DNA of 64,000 bases from Candidatus Spongiisociaceae bacterium (GCA_965219685.1 CBDCOH010000002.1:2400001-2464000); one strand, 5' to 3'; positions 19,727-30,151 are shown, counted from the first letter of the stretch. Translations and numbers: made by a program. The notes: generated by a model not told the origin, from the letters alone.

Positions 19727-20362
19727 CTACCTCCTCCTCAACACGAGGTCACCCTTCTGAACCGCCGCGTAGTCAGGCACGCGGCTCGTCCCCATGGAAT
19801 AGCCCCGCATGCCGGCTCTCAGAAACCTCTGCGCCCGTACCACGCCACGAGCGGGCGCGCCGGGATCTCTCAGCAGGAACTTGCTGAACGGAACGCAGGG
19901 GTTGAGAACATCGGGAGGATCCAGTTCCAGTTCTCCGCCAGAGGTGCGGATGACAAAGCCTTTGGAGACATCCTCGTGATACAAGCGCTCCTCGGTGTCG
20001 ACGACGATGTTCTCACCCGCCGCGCCCAAGGGAGCCCATCCGAACTCGCCCTCGATCAGCTTGTAGTGCCTCGTGAAGCCGATGCTCAGGATCCGGCGAG
20101 GACGATGCTCGTGCACCTCCGCGGGATGCCCCGAGTGATGGCGATCGAGCACCCAGCCGCCGTCGACCTCGGCGATGACCCCGGCCCTACCTACCTTCAA
20201 GGACTCCACCGGGATCAACGAGGTGGTCCTGTAGACCTTGCCCTCGTGGGTGACCACGTTGAGCTTCTGCTTCTGGATCTGGAGAAGGACCACCAGCCCG
20301 ACCGGGACCAGCCGACTATCCGGGGTCGGGTCCGCTTCCGGACCCTCGGTTACGTTGCTCAA
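19727..20362 (-). CDS. MOSC-like domain protein
   Basis: GAAGENIVV, LNPC, GMRGY, VQKGDLV resemble MOSC motifs; TTGA overlap with the opine dehydrogenase stop. Confidence 0.55.
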   Translation of the reverse strand: MSNVTEGPEADPTPDSRLVPVGLVVLLQIQKQKLNVVTHEGKVYRTTSLIPVESLKVGRAGVIAEVDGGWVLDRHHSGHPAEVHEHRPRRILSIGFTRHYKLIEGEFGWAPLGAAGENIVVDTEERLYHEDVSKGFVIRTSGGELELDPPDVLNPCVPFSKFLLRDPGAPARGVVRAQRFLRAGMRGYSMGTSRVPDYAAVQKGDLVLRRR

Positions 20363-21429
20363 GCCACCGCCTCCCGGATTTCCTCAGGGGTCATACCATC
20401 AATCCCCATGTCCTCCAGCGAGCGACCTTCACTCCGGTAGTCCCTTCCCGTGGCGGCCCCCGCCAGAGTGATGACCGCGTCGATCACCGGAGTGCGGACA
20501 CCGACCAGCCGGGCCATCCGGGTCATCGGAACCAAGCCCAGCGGCACGTCCTCGGTGACGTAACGGCCCCGCATCCCGTCCGGGACGGAGATACCCCTCA
20601 TGATGTTCGATGCCAACTTCCTCTCCACCTCCATGGCGTCGGACCCGACGATACCGTAGGAGCGCTGCAGCCAGGCCTGATGGCTCCTCACCGGGACCCC
20701 GAGCGCCAGGCCGGCCTCCATCCTCTCGGCATCCAACGCCTCCATGGCACGGACGACCGACGGCGTCAACCCGTCGGCGTAGAAGTCGAAGAGGCCCCCG
20801 TCCATGGAACCGGCGTTGAGCACCGCCACGACCGGGTGCGCCACCGGGTTCATGTTGTCGAAGCTCGTCTCCAGGACGGAGCCGGCCGCCTCGACATCCG
20901 GGAAGGCATGAGCGAGCAGTTCGAGCACTTCCGGGGTCTTCGAGGCACCCAAGGCCGCGACCGAGAAGACCTTCTTGACCCCGCCCACATGCACCGTCCC
21001 CGGCTCCACCACCCGGCACGCGTAGGCGAGGGTGTTGGTCTCGGCCAGGCGAACGCTGGACGGAACTCCGATGTCCGACCAGGTCCTCCCCACCTCCAAG
21101 GCTCCTCCGAATCCGCCCGGGTGGAGCACCACCGTCTCGCCTCCGTCGAGGACCGCCGCCAGTTCGGTCGCTATGTACCGGTGCGCGAAGCCGGGGACAG
21201 ACACGAGGATCAGGTCGGCGCCCGAGATGGCCCTGCCCATGTCGGTGGTGGCCATCTCGATGGGACCGGTCTCCTCGATCGCTCCGCTCGCCCGGACCCT
21301 GCCCAGCGAGGAGAGCGGCCCGACTACGTCGGAGAAACGATCGTAAAGCCTCACCGAGTGACCGGCGTATCCGAGGCGTGCGGCAGTGGACTGGCCACCG
21401 TTACCGGATCCGAGAATCGCTACCCGCAT
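20359..21429 (-). CDS. NAD/NADP octopine/nopaline (opine) dehydrogenase family
   Basis: ILGSGNGG, LAETNTLAYACR, NMNPVAHP, RYVTEDVPLGLVP. Confidence 0.9.
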   Translation of the reverse strand: MRVAILGSGNGGQSTAARLGYAGHSVRLYDRFSDVVGPLSSLGRVRASGAIEETGPIEMATTDMGRAISGADLILVSVPGFAHRYIATELAAVLDGGETVVLHPGGFGGALEVGRTWSDIGVPSSVRLAETNTLAYACRVVEPGTVHVGGVKKVFSVAALGASKTPEVLELLAHAFPDVEAAGSVLETSFDNMNPVAHPVVAVLNAGSMDGGLFDFYADGLTPSVVRAMEALDAERMEAGLALGVPVRSHQAWLQRSYGIVGSDAMEVERKLASNIMRGISVPDGMRGRYVTEDVPLGLVPMTRMARLVGVRTPVIDAVITLAGAATGRDYRSEGRSLEDMGIDGMTPEEIREAVA

Positions 21430-24161
21430 ACGTCCACCATAACTTTCAGGAGGGTCGAGGCATCGTGCACCGTTTCCAGCCTGTCGACCAGATCCAGAAC
21501 CTCCGCGACCCGACCCCGGGAACCGGCAGGCAAGGCGGCCTCCAACGAGACTCGCCGGCTCGCGCGATATGTCGGCAGGACCGAGAGCCCCCCTTGAAGT
21601 CTCTCAACCCGGCCGGAACTCGTGGTCACCGTCACCCTGGCGGAATATGGATCGTCGAAGTGCCGGTAGTTAAGTCTTACACCCGCCGGCAGAGGCGACC
21701 TCGCGGCGGCCGAACCCGGCCCCATAACCACTTCTGCCGGTTGCCTCCCCTCCATCAGCCGCGCGACCTTCAGGCGCAGCACGTCGGCCTGGGACATCCG
21801 GCGATCGAAGCCCGGGAGGCTGCACCGGGCGGAGGCGTCCCAGCGCCTGCGAATCTCGGGGAGCGAGACCTCCGCCGCAACGGGTCTCTCCTTCTCGGTC
21901 GCCAGCATGGCCGACAAGCGGCCGGCCAGTTCGATGGGGACGAGGTGGTTGTGATCGACGGAGTGCCGGCTGACGATGGCCTCGTCGAGTCCGAACCTGG
22001 CGCCCAGTCGCGACAGCGCCTCGTCCAGGCCTGCCGGAACCGAACCCAGAGTCGACCTGTACAAGCCGAACTCACCCTCGATCATCAGGTCGGCGGCCGG
22101 GAACCCCGCCTCGGCGAGGAGCGCAGCGAAGACACCGTTGCGAGCCAGTTGTGCATTGACGACTGCTTCCTCCTCGACTCCCTCGATCAGTCCCATGGTC
22201 AGGTGACAGGCCTGTCCCATGGCGTCGGCTGTGAGTTTCTCGTCCAGTCCGAGCAGGCGGGCCGCCATACAGGCAACCGCTACTGGCCCGAACACGCAAT
22301 CAGCCCGGCGGGCCGTCGCGGTCCCCCACGCCCAGGTGCCGGCGGACAGCGCGAGGGCGACGTCGTAGCCGATGGCGATGGCCACCAGCAGTTCCCTCCC
22401 CGGGACGTTCCGGTCCTCGCTCAGTGCCAGCGCGACTGGAATGGTCATGGCCCCCGGACGGAGACCCCCGGCCATACTGTCCTGCCAACCCCGGGCCTGC
22501 ATGCTCAGCGAATTCGCAAACACCGCGTCCAGGAGGCGGAGAGTGGGACGCTGGCCTATGAAGGAATACCTGCCGGGTCTCCCGGTCCGTGGATCAGCCG
22601 CGGACGACCGACCCTGCAACGCCAGCGCGAGATGGTGGACGAGTAGATCCTTGCCCCGGTCAATGACCGCAGGAGGGAAATCCCGGTACCTGGCTCCGGC
22701 CGTGTAGGCGGCTATCCGCTGGGAAGCCGTCCGGCCCGGGACACGATCAAGACCCCAGAAGACCCCTGGCGCCGGATCGGCTCGGGTGGCGAACCGGTCA
22801 AGCGCAGTCCACAGGCCGGCGGCACCGTGCGACTCCTCGAGCCCCTCAACCGAGGTCACCAGGTGTTCGATCGCGGGCGAAGGGGCTGCCGGGAGGAGAT
22901 CGGCCAACCATTCCCTGTGGTCCATGGGAGGGGTCGGGGAAGCGGCATGACTCTCCCGGACATGCCGCCGGCCGTTGGTGGTGACAACCGTTAGGCGAGC
23001 CGAGCGTAGAGGCAACCCGTGCACGTAGTCCAAGGATGTCCGATCGACCAGATCCAGGAATCCCGCGGGCATGTCCTCGCGGTACCGGGCCGGATTCAGT
23101 TCCCCATCCCACAGCCACGCGGCCACCAGGAACCGGGGAGACGCGTAACGGCTGATATACCGGCGTTCACCGGCGTCCCGGTACCGGCGGAAGTTGCGGT
23201 CGAAGTCCTCCTCGCGAGGCCGACGCTCTTCGGGAAGCGTGAGGTGGATCAAGGCGACGTCGGGCACGGTTATCCCAGTGGTCCGGATCAGGTCGTCCAT
23301 CAACTCGACCGGCACGACGTTGAAACCGCTGCACCGGTAACGCTTCCGGAATGCGTGCGAGATCCCGAAGTCCGTTCCCAACCCGTCCATTGCCGAGACG
23401 ACCTCTCCGGGAACCTCTCCCAGGTAGGTCTCGTACAGACCGAAAGGACCCTCGAGAATCGATGGAGTGGATCGGACCCCGGCCGAAGCCAGCAGAGCAG
23501 CCTCAACCCCGTTGCGCGTGATCTGCGGATAGAGGACCCGAGCGAACGGAGTCCCCTCGATGAGGCCGACCGCACCGTTGGCCGCCAGTCCCAGCGCGTG
23601 AGCCGTCCGATCCGCACCGAACCCCAGTAGGCGCGACGCTACCGCCGCCACGCCCACCGGACCCACCACGCAACCGGAACGGCGGGGCGTGCTAACCCCC
23701 CAGGTCCAGGTGCCCCGGGCAAGGGCCACAAGGAGGTCATACCCGACCGCCACGGCTGACAGAAACTCCCGACCGGTGATGGGTCTCGTCTCGGCGAGCG
23801 CCAGGACGGTGGGGAAGACCAGCACGCCCGGGTGGGTGCCCCCCAGGGCCGCGTCGTCCAACGCATCCTCGCCCATGAGCAACGAATTGACGAACACCGC
23901 CTCGAGCAACCCGTACCTGCCCCTTGCGCCCAGAACCCTGTGTCGCCCCCCTCCATCCGATAGCCTTCCGGCCAGAGACCGTGCCCTCCCCGCGCTCGGG
24001 TTTCCGGTGGCGGCCAGAGCAAGACCGACATGGTGCACCAGGTGATCCTTGGCGAGCCCGACCACGTCGGGGGGGATCGCCTCGAACGGGAGTCCCGACA
24101 CGTGGCTCGCCAACCTTCGGGTTAGAGAGACGGCTGGTTCACCGGCGGTCGGCATCGACAT
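21420..24161 (-). CDS. Tandem double-domain MmgE/PrpD protein
   Basis: Two full repeats (AKDHLVHHVGL...THPG...LEGPFGLY; GKDLLVHHLAL...LRPG...IEGEFGLY); start ATG 24161 or 24155. Confidence 0.85.
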   Translation of the reverse strand: MSMPTAGEPAVSLTRRLASHVSGLPFEAIPPDVVGLAKDHLVHHVGLALAATGNPSAGRARSLAGRLSDGGGRHRVLGARGRYGLLEAVFVNSLLMGEDALDDAALGGTHPGVLVFPTVLALAETRPITGREFLSAVAVGYDLLVALARGTWTWGVSTPRRSGCVVGPVGVAAVASRLLGFGADRTAHALGLAANGAVGLIEGTPFARVLYPQITRNGVEAALLASAGVRSTPSILEGPFGLYETYLGEVPGEVVSAMDGLGTDFGISHAFRKRYRCSGFNVVPVELMDDLIRTTGITVPDVALIHLTLPEERRPREEDFDRNFRRYRDAGERRYISRYASPRFLVAAWLWDGELNPARYREDMPAGFLDLVDRTSLDYVHGLPLRSARLTVVTTNGRRHVRESHAASPTPPMDHREWLADLLPAAPSPAIEHLVTSVEGLEESHGAAGLWTALDRFATRADPAPGVFWGLDRVPGRTASQRIAAYTAGARYRDFPPAVIDRGKDLLVHHLALALQGRSSAADPRTGRPGRYSFIGQRPTLRLLDAVFANSLSMQARGWQDSMAGGLRPGAMTIPVALALSEDRNVPGRELLVAIAIGYDVALALSAGTWAWGTATARRADCVFGPVAVACMAARLLGLDEKLTADAMGQACHLTMGLIEGVEEEAVVNAQLARNGVFAALLAEAGFPAADLMIEGEFGLYRSTLGSVPAGLDEALSRLGARFGLDEAIVSRHSVDHNHLVPIELAGRLSAMLATEKERPVAAEVSLPEIRRRWDASARCSLPGFDRRMSQADVLRLKVARLMEGRQPAEVVMGPGSAAARSPLPAGVRLNYRHFDDPYSARVTVTTSSGRVERLQGGLSVLPTYRASRRVSLEAALPAGSRGRVAEVLDLVDRLETVHDASTLLKVMVDVCG

Positions 24162-24189
24162 CGGACTACGATATCGGTTGCCGAGATCA
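24156..24189. promoter_or_regulatory. CGATATCG-N5 operator array, site 5
   Basis: CGACATCG gacta CGATATCG gttgc CGAGATCA between divergent MmgE genes. Confidence 0.8.
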
Positions 24190-24237
24190 CGGTCAATCGA
24201 CCCGAGTCGTCGCCATCGGCAAGGAGGCCGGCCAAGC

Positions 24238-25584
24238 ATGCCCTCAAGCGGTCCATCGGTAAGCGAGAGACTGGCCCGCCATGTCGTCTCGCTGCGTTTC
24301 GATGATCTGCCCACCGAGATCGTGGAACGCGCCAAGGACCACCTGGTGCACCATGTGGGTCTCGGAATACAGGGCCGGAACAGTGAGTACGGGAAGAAGG
24401 CGCGCCGAAACGCGGCCCGGCTCAGCGCGACCGGCGGGCGGTTCTCGGCCATCGGCGAGAAGCCGGCCCTAGGACTGCTCGACGCGGTGTTCGTGAACTG
24501 CCTCTACATGCACCACAGCGGCCAGGACGATTCGGAGTCTGCCGGCACCCATCCCGGGGTCCTCGTGTACCCGGCGGCTCTGAACCTCTCGCAGGACCGC
24601 ACCGTCAGCGGGAAGGAGTTCCTGGTGGCTTGCGTGATCGGCTACGACGTGTCGATGGTCCTGAGCGCCGGAACTTGGGCATGGACCGCCCCCGCGCCCA
24701 GGAGAAGCAATGCGATCTTCGGGCCGGTCGCGGTCGCCGCCACCGCCGCCCGCCTGCTCGGCCTTTCCGAGTCACAGACCGTGGATGCGCTGGGCCAGGC
24801 CTGCCATGGAGCGCTGGGTCTGATCGAAGGAACCCGGTTCATATGGGTGGTGTATCCGTGGGAGTGCCGGGCGGGAGTGTTCGCCGCCACCCTCGCCGAG
24901 TCGGGCCTCCGGGCCGCGCCGAGCATGATCGAAGGCGACTTCGGCCTTTACCGGACGCTGCTCCAGGAGGTCCCGTCCGGCATCGACGAGAACCTCGCCA
25001 CTCTGGGCTCCTACTTCCGCATCGTGGAAGCGCGAGTCAAGAAGTACAGCGCCAGCAACCTGAACGCTGGCATCCTCGACGCGACGAAGAGGGTGTGCGA
25101 GGCGAAGTCGATCCGGCCGGAGCATGTGGAGTCGATCCTGATCGAACTGCCCGACAGCCGCAGGATACGGGAGAAGCGCATGGAGGAGAACTTCTCCAGG
25201 TACGTGGATCTCGCCTCGCGGTGCGGCTCGCTGCGCTTCCTGACGGCGTTGATCCTCCGCGACGGCGACCTCGACAGCCGGATCTACACCGACCCCATCC
25301 CCGAGGACCTCCGGGCGCTGATCGACTCGATCTCCCTGCGCTTCCTGGACGAGGCACCGTCCAATTACTACGGGAGGGTCACCATACGGACCACCGACGG
25401 CGGGGCGGAAAGGGTCGAGTACGGGCGCGACGGCGTCGACTATCCGGAAGTGGACCGGGAGGGATGGATGTCCAGGTGCGTGGGCGACGATCCCTCGGTC
25501 GACGTTGATCGTCTCCTGCAGATCGTCAGCGAACTGGAGCAGCTACCCGACGCATCGGTCCTCCTCGAAGCCCTCTCGGGCTGA
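24238..25584 (+). CDS. MmgE/PrpD family protein (3)
   Basis: AKDHLVHHVGL, DAVFVN, GTHPG, IEGDFGLY; AGGAGG RBS. Confidence 0.88.
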   Translation: MPSSGPSVSERLARHVVSLRFDDLPTEIVERAKDHLVHHVGLGIQGRNSEYGKKARRNAARLSATGGRFSAIGEKPALGLLDAVFVNCLYMHHSGQDDSESAGTHPGVLVYPAALNLSQDRTVSGKEFLVACVIGYDVSMVLSAGTWAWTAPAPRRSNAIFGPVAVAATAARLLGLSESQTVDALGQACHGALGLIEGTRFIWVVYPWECRAGVFAATLAESGLRAAPSMIEGDFGLYRTLLQEVPSGIDENLATLGSYFRIVEARVKKYSASNLNAGILDATKRVCEAKSIRPEHVESILIELPDSRRIREKRMEENFSRYVDLASRCGSLRFLTALILRDGDLDSRIYTDPIPEDLRALIDSISLRFLDEAPSNYYGRVTIRTTDGGAERVEYGRDGVDYPEVDREGWMSRCVGDDPSVDVDRLLQIVSELEQLPDASVLLEALSG

Positions 25585-25708
25585 TGGTGCGTACGAGGAT
25601 GGTCCTGCATGCCTGGGAGAGCGTTCCGAAAGGAACCGGGATGGATCGAACGGGACTCTTGATCCGGGTTACGACCGGCGCCACGGCCCCGGTGACAGGA
25701 CGGACATC

Positions 25709-26440
25709 ATGACCGGCGCCCGAGGTGGAAGGACCGTCTACGGGCTGGCGCTCGGCGTCATCATGCTCGACACCAAGTTCCCGCGCCTCCGGGGCGATGT
25801 CGGCAATGCCCGCACCTGGCCCTTCCCCGTTCGTTACCGGATCGTGGAGGGGGCCATCCCCGAGCGTATGGCCCAGGCCGATCCCGATCCCGAGTTACTG
25901 GCTCCCTTCTTGGATGCCGCCCGTGCGCTGGAGTCGGAAGGCGTGCGAGCCATCTGCACCAGCTGCGGGTTCCTGGCGGTCAACCAGCCGGAGTTGGCGT
26001 CGGCCGTGGAGGTACCGGTCTTCTCGTCGCCGCTCCTCCAGGTTCCGATGGCGGCCGCCGCGGCGGGGGGCAGGAAGGTGGTGATCCTGACCGCCCGGAC
26101 CGTGCTCACCGAACAGCACTACCGGGGAGCGGGCTGGTCCTCGCAGGATTTGTCCGTGGTCCAGATGGCGCCCCCCGAGGACAGCCACTTCTACACCACC
26201 TTCGTGGGTAACTCGCCCGAGGCGGACAGCCGGATACTCGAGCGGGAACTTGCCGACCTGGCCAGGAGGGTCGTCTCCGAACACCCCGACGCCGGGGCGA
26301 TCGTGATGGAGTGCGCCAACTTCCCGCCGTTCGGCCAGATCGTCCGGTCGATCACCGGCCTGCCGGTCTTCGACCTGTACACGATGGGGATGTACGCCTA
26401 CCTGGCGAGTTCCGGGACCGAGTTCCCGCGAACCCTGTAA
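25709..26440 (+). CDS. Asp/Glu racemase-family protein (1)
   Basis: GVIMLDTKFPR..GDVGNA.TWPFPV; two catalytic-type Cys in TSCGF and ECANF. Confidence 0.85.
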   Translation: MTGARGGRTVYGLALGVIMLDTKFPRLRGDVGNARTWPFPVRYRIVEGAIPERMAQADPDPELLAPFLDAARALESEGVRAICTSCGFLAVNQPELASAVEVPVFSSPLLQVPMAAAAAGGRKVVILTARTVLTEQHYRGAGWSSQDLSVVQMAPPEDSHFYTTFVGNSPEADSRILERELADLARRVVSEHPDAGAIVMECANFPPFGQIVRSITGLPVFDLYTMGMYAYLASSGTEFPRTL

Positions 26441-26444
26441 CCCG

Positions 26445-27044
26445 GTGAACGCACCTAAGGAGGGATCGACCGAACCGCGGCGGGACCGGCTGGGGATCGG
26501 CGCCATCGCCACGGTCTTCTTCAGGATGGGGATCGTGGCGTTCGGAGGGCTTCTCCTGCTGCTCGTATTGATCGAGCGGGAGTTGGTGGACAAGCGCCCG
26601 GCGCTGACCAAGCGGCAGATCACCGAAGCCGTCACCTACACGCGCCTCCTTCCCGGTTCGGGTGGCCCTCTCGTGGTCTCCTACCTCGGCTACGTGCTGA
26701 GGGGGGTCGGCGGGTCGGGGGTCGCCACCCTGATGTATCTCCTTCCCGGGATACTCGTCATGACCGGGTTGGCGGTGGGTTTCGTCGCCATCTCCACCCT
26801 GCCCTTGCTCAGCCCCGCCATCGAAGGCCTCCTGGCTGCCGTCGTCGGCATCCAGTCGGTATACCTCTACCGGTTCGCCCGGAAGGCGATCATCGACGCG
26901 GTCACGGCCACCATCCTCGTAGCCGGGCTGTGCGCGACGCTCCTCCTGGATGTCAGCGCGCCGCTCGTCGTCCTGCTGGCCGGAATGGTGGGGATCGTCC
27001 TGTTCACCAAGAGCCTCGGTGCGGAAGTTGCGGATGATGGCTGA
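26445..27044 (+). CDS. Short-chain chromate transporter, N-half
   Basis: FFRMGIVAFGG, LLPGSGG, YLLPG. Confidence 0.8.
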   Translation: MNAPKEGSTEPRRDRLGIGAIATVFFRMGIVAFGGLLLLLVLIERELVDKRPALTKRQITEAVTYTRLLPGSGGPLVVSYLGYVLRGVGGSGVATLMYLLPGILVMTGLAVGFVAISTLPLLSPAIEGLLAAVVGIQSVYLYRFARKAIIDAVTATILVAGLCATLLLDVSAPLVVLLAGMVGIVLFTKSLGAEVADDG

Positions 27045-27597
27045 ACTGCTCGACCTGTTCTGGCAGTTCATGCTGTTCAGCCTTCTCGCCTTCGGTGGAG
27101 GGGGAACCGTATTGGGCCTGGTGGACCGGGTGGCCGTGGCGGACAAGGGATGGATCACGCCGGCGGAGTTCTCGGCGGCGGTCGGCTTCACTTTCATCAC
27201 TCCGGGACCGATCCTCGTTCTGGCGCCCTTCGTCGGCTATCTCGTGGCGGGAGCGCCGGGCGCGGTGGTCGCCACCTTCGGCGTATTCCTGGCCCCTTGG
27301 ACACTGGCCATGGGATCGGCCCACCGGCTCCGGCAGTACCTCCACCATCCCCGGCTCCGGGCCTTCGGCAAGGGCGCGGGACCGGCCATCGTCGGCCTGT
27401 TCAGCCTCGCCGTGCTCACCATCGCCAGATCCAGCATCTCCAACGTGGCCATGGTCGCCGTGGCGCTGGTAGCAGGGGTCCTGATGACGAGGACGAAGCT
27501 CCATCCGATCCTCATCCTGGTGGGCGGAGCGTTGGCGGGCCTGGTGCTTGGCCTCACCGGCCTCGGCGACGCGATACCGGAGGTCCGGATCCCCTAG
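27037..27597 (+). CDS. Short-chain chromate transporter, C-half
   Basis: LLAFGGG, KGWITPAEF, ITPGPI, FVGYLVAG..GA. Confidence 0.85.
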   Translation: MAELLDLFWQFMLFSLLAFGGGGTVLGLVDRVAVADKGWITPAEFSAAVGFTFITPGPILVLAPFVGYLVAGAPGAVVATFGVFLAPWTLAMGSAHRLRQYLHHPRLRAFGKGAGPAIVGLFSLAVLTIARSSISNVAMVAVALVAGVLMTRTKLHPILILVGGALAGLVLGLTGLGDAIPEVRIP

Positions 27598-27649
27598 TTG
27601 GTAGTTGGGGTTAGATCGGGTCGCTTTCCATCAACAAAGGGATCCAGCC

Positions 27650-28918
27650 CTACCTGCGGTCGAGGATCCGGAAGCGGGAAGGGCGGAAGGGGGCCATGTC
27701 CACGGATGGATCCTCGTTCGATACGAGTTGGCCGATGATCTCGCCGGTGATCGCGGCCAGGGTGAACCCGATGTGGCCGTGGCCGTAGGCGAGGAAGACG
27801 TTGGCATGGCGGGGCGCCCGGCCGATGACCGGAAGGGAGTCGGGGTGCGACGGGCGGTAGCTCATCCATCTCCTCGCCCCGTCCGTCCGCAACTCAGGAA
27901 ACACCAGCCTGGTGGCCTCGATCAGGCGGTCGGCGCGCCGGTAGTCGGGCGGGGCTTCGAGTCCGGCCAACTCGTCGGTGCCGGCCAGGCGGAGGCCGTC
28001 GGGAAGGGGGGTCATCGCGAAGTGATGGTCCATCGAGACGATGGGAAAGGGGAGTTCGACCCCCGGATGCGGCAGGTCAACCCCGTAACCGCGCTCCGTG
28101 TCGAGGGGGGTCGCGAAGCCGAGCATCCTCGTGAGGTGCTTGGACCAGGCCCCGGCAGCGATCACCACCAGGTCGGCGGGAAGCGCCCCGCTCGTCGTCT
28201 CGACGGCGACTATCCGATCTCCCGACCGGACGAACCCCGAGACCTCCCCCGCCACGCGACGACCCCCCGCGGCGACCATGCGGTCCGTAAGCACCGTGCA
28301 CAGTCGTAGCGGGTCGGCCCAAGGGGCCTTGGGAATGTAGACGCCGTGGCTGAAACGGCCCGCCAGCACCTCGGACAGTCCCGCCACTCCGTCCGCGTCA
28401 AGGACCCGCATGTCGATGCCCCGCCTCCGCCTCGTCTCGATGGCGAAGGCCGCCTTGGCGAACACCGCGTCGGTCCCATAACCCAGTAGATGCCCGCCTT
28501 CGATGAGAGCGCCGCCGGAGTCATGCACGGGTAGCACCTCCTCCCACGCCCGGAGTGCCTGCTTGACCAGACGAGCGAGCGCGATGGAGGCGCGCTCGAC
28601 ACGCGCCGGCCTCGCCGAGGCGATGAACCGAAGCAGCCATGGCACCATCCGCGGTAGGTAGCGCCACCGGATCGCGAGGGGTGAGTACGGGTCGAGCAGC
28701 ATCCGGGGCACCGACCGGATGACCCCGGGAGTCGCCGTCGGGAGGCAGTTTCCCACCGAGAACAGACCGGCGTTGTGACCTGAGGCTCCGTCGCCGGGAG
28801 CGCCCCTGTCCACGACGGTCACCTCGTAGCCACGCCGGAGCAGATGCATCGCGCAGCAGAGTCCCACCGTTCCACCGCCTACTACGACAGCAAGCCTTGG
28901 ATCCCCGGACGATGTCAT
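27650..28918 (-). CDS. FAD-dependent D-amino acid dehydrogenase (DadA/DAO family)
   Basis: VVGGGTVG, ASGHNAG, ERGY, RPSHPDSLPVIG, GHGHIGFT. Confidence 0.9.
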   Translation of the reverse strand: MTSSGDPRLAVVVGGGTVGLCCAMHLLRRGYEVTVVDRGAPGDGASGHNAGLFSVGNCLPTATPGVIRSVPRMLLDPYSPLAIRWRYLPRMVPWLLRFIASARPARVERASIALARLVKQALRAWEEVLPVHDSGGALIEGGHLLGYGTDAVFAKAAFAIETRRRRGIDMRVLDADGVAGLSEVLAGRFSHGVYIPKAPWADPLRLCTVLTDRMVAAGGRRVAGEVSGFVRSGDRIVAVETTSGALPADLVVIAAGAWSKHLTRMLGFATPLDTERGYGVDLPHPGVELPFPIVSMDHHFAMTPLPDGLRLAGTDELAGLEAPPDYRRADRLIEATRLVFPELRTDGARRWMSYRPSHPDSLPVIGRAPRHANVFLAYGHGHIGFTLAAITGEIIGQLVSNEDPSVDMAPFRPSRFRILDRR

Positions 28919-28926
28919 CGGCCCTC

Positions 28927-28960
28927 CGATATTGGGATGCGATATCGAACTTCGAGCATT
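28927..28960. promoter_or_regulatory. CGATATCG-N5 operator array, site 6
   Basis: CGATATTG ggatg CGATATCG aactt CGAGCATT in a divergent gap. Confidence 0.78.
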
Positions 28961-29000
28961 ATGGTACGTCCCGACCGAGGCACGGTGGATCGGAGGATCT

Positions 29001-30134
29001 ATGGGTTCCGGGTTCTCCCCCAAAGAGTTCTATGGGGGCATGGCGAACAGCCTCGCCATGCAGGTGGCACGGGACGAGGTGGCATGGACGGATCGCCACC
29101 GGACGCCCGACGGCCCCGTGGACACGCTGCTCGCGTTCGGATGCGCCGTCCAGCACACACCGCACCTGATGCGCGCCGCAACGAGGGTCTTCGACGTGCT
29201 CGGGATCGAGCACCGGGCAGTCGCCGGGCGCCAGTACTGCTGCGGCCGGCCCTTCCGGCGGACCGGGAAGGTCAAGGCCGCCGACAACATAGTGGCCAGT
29301 TCCTACGCACGCTTCGCGTCCTACCGTCCGCAAACGATGGTGCAGTGGTGCGGGGCGTGCATGATCACCTATATCGACGTCGCCAGCCGCCGCATGACCA
29401 CCCCGTTCGAGGTGATCCACGTCTCCACTTACATGGCCCGTGTGCTGCGCGAGCGGGCGGGCAGCCTCCCGTGGCGGGAGACCGACCGGCTAACCGTCCT
29501 CGTCCACCGCCATGTCCAGCCCAAGGTCCCCAACGATCGCTCATCCGAACACCGCGGAAAGCCGGGCCGTGACCAGGTCACCGACGCCACGATCGAGGCG
29601 GTCGACGAGATCCTCTCGCGCATCCCGGGAGTCGAGAACCTGGGGGTCGTCGAACCGCCATCGAGCGGCGCTCCCTGTGATCTCAAGAAGGTCAACGACC
29701 GGTTCGTGGGCTTGGGTGATATCAGTTCCGACGCCCATCGGGCGATCCTTGGGCATCTGGCGGAGCAGGCCGATCGCACCGGGGCAGAGATCGTCGTGAC
29801 CCCTTACCACGCCTGCCAGAAGCAATGGTCCAAGCTGGCGAGCCACAAGCTGGGCGTGCGCCACTGGATGTCCGTACTCGCCGATGCCCTCGGGGTCGGC
29901 GTCGAGGACCGCTACCAGGCCTACTGGCGCCTGGCCGATCCGGAGGCCATCGTGAAGTCATCCAGCCCCGCTTGGAGTTCGTGGGGGATCAGTTCCGAAG
30001 ATGCCTACGAGCACGCTCGGACCCACTTCACCGCAGCCTTCTCGGACAGCATCCACGACTGCGAGTGCGGCGGCTCAGGCTGCGGAGCGCCCACTCCGGA
30101 GTTGGTCTGGCCACTGGTAAGCGGAGCCCGTTAG
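29001..30134 (+). CDS. Stand-alone CCG-domain (HdrB/GlpC-related) Fe-S protein (1)
   Basis: FGCAVQHTPHL, YCCGRPF, WCGAC, PYHAC, C-terminal CECGGSGC. Confidence 0.7.
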   Translation: MGSGFSPKEFYGGMANSLAMQVARDEVAWTDRHRTPDGPVDTLLAFGCAVQHTPHLMRAATRVFDVLGIEHRAVAGRQYCCGRPFRRTGKVKAADNIVASSYARFASYRPQTMVQWCGACMITYIDVASRRMTTPFEVIHVSTYMARVLRERAGSLPWRETDRLTVLVHRHVQPKVPNDRSSEHRGKPGRDQVTDATIEAVDEILSRIPGVENLGVVEPPSSGAPCDLKKVNDRFVGLGDISSDAHRAILGHLAEQADRTGAEIVVTPYHACQKQWSKLASHKLGVRHWMSVLADALGVGVEDRYQAYWRLADPEAIVKSSSPAWSSWGISSEDAYEHARTHFTAAFSDSIHDCECGGSGCGAPTPELVWPLVSGAR

Positions 30135-30151
30135 GCCCTACACGGTAGGTT

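Noticed and set aside
20359-21429. Staphylopine/pseudopaline-type metallophore biosynthesis
   Set aside because: No nicotianamine synthase-like gene in the window; the context is more consistent with catabolism
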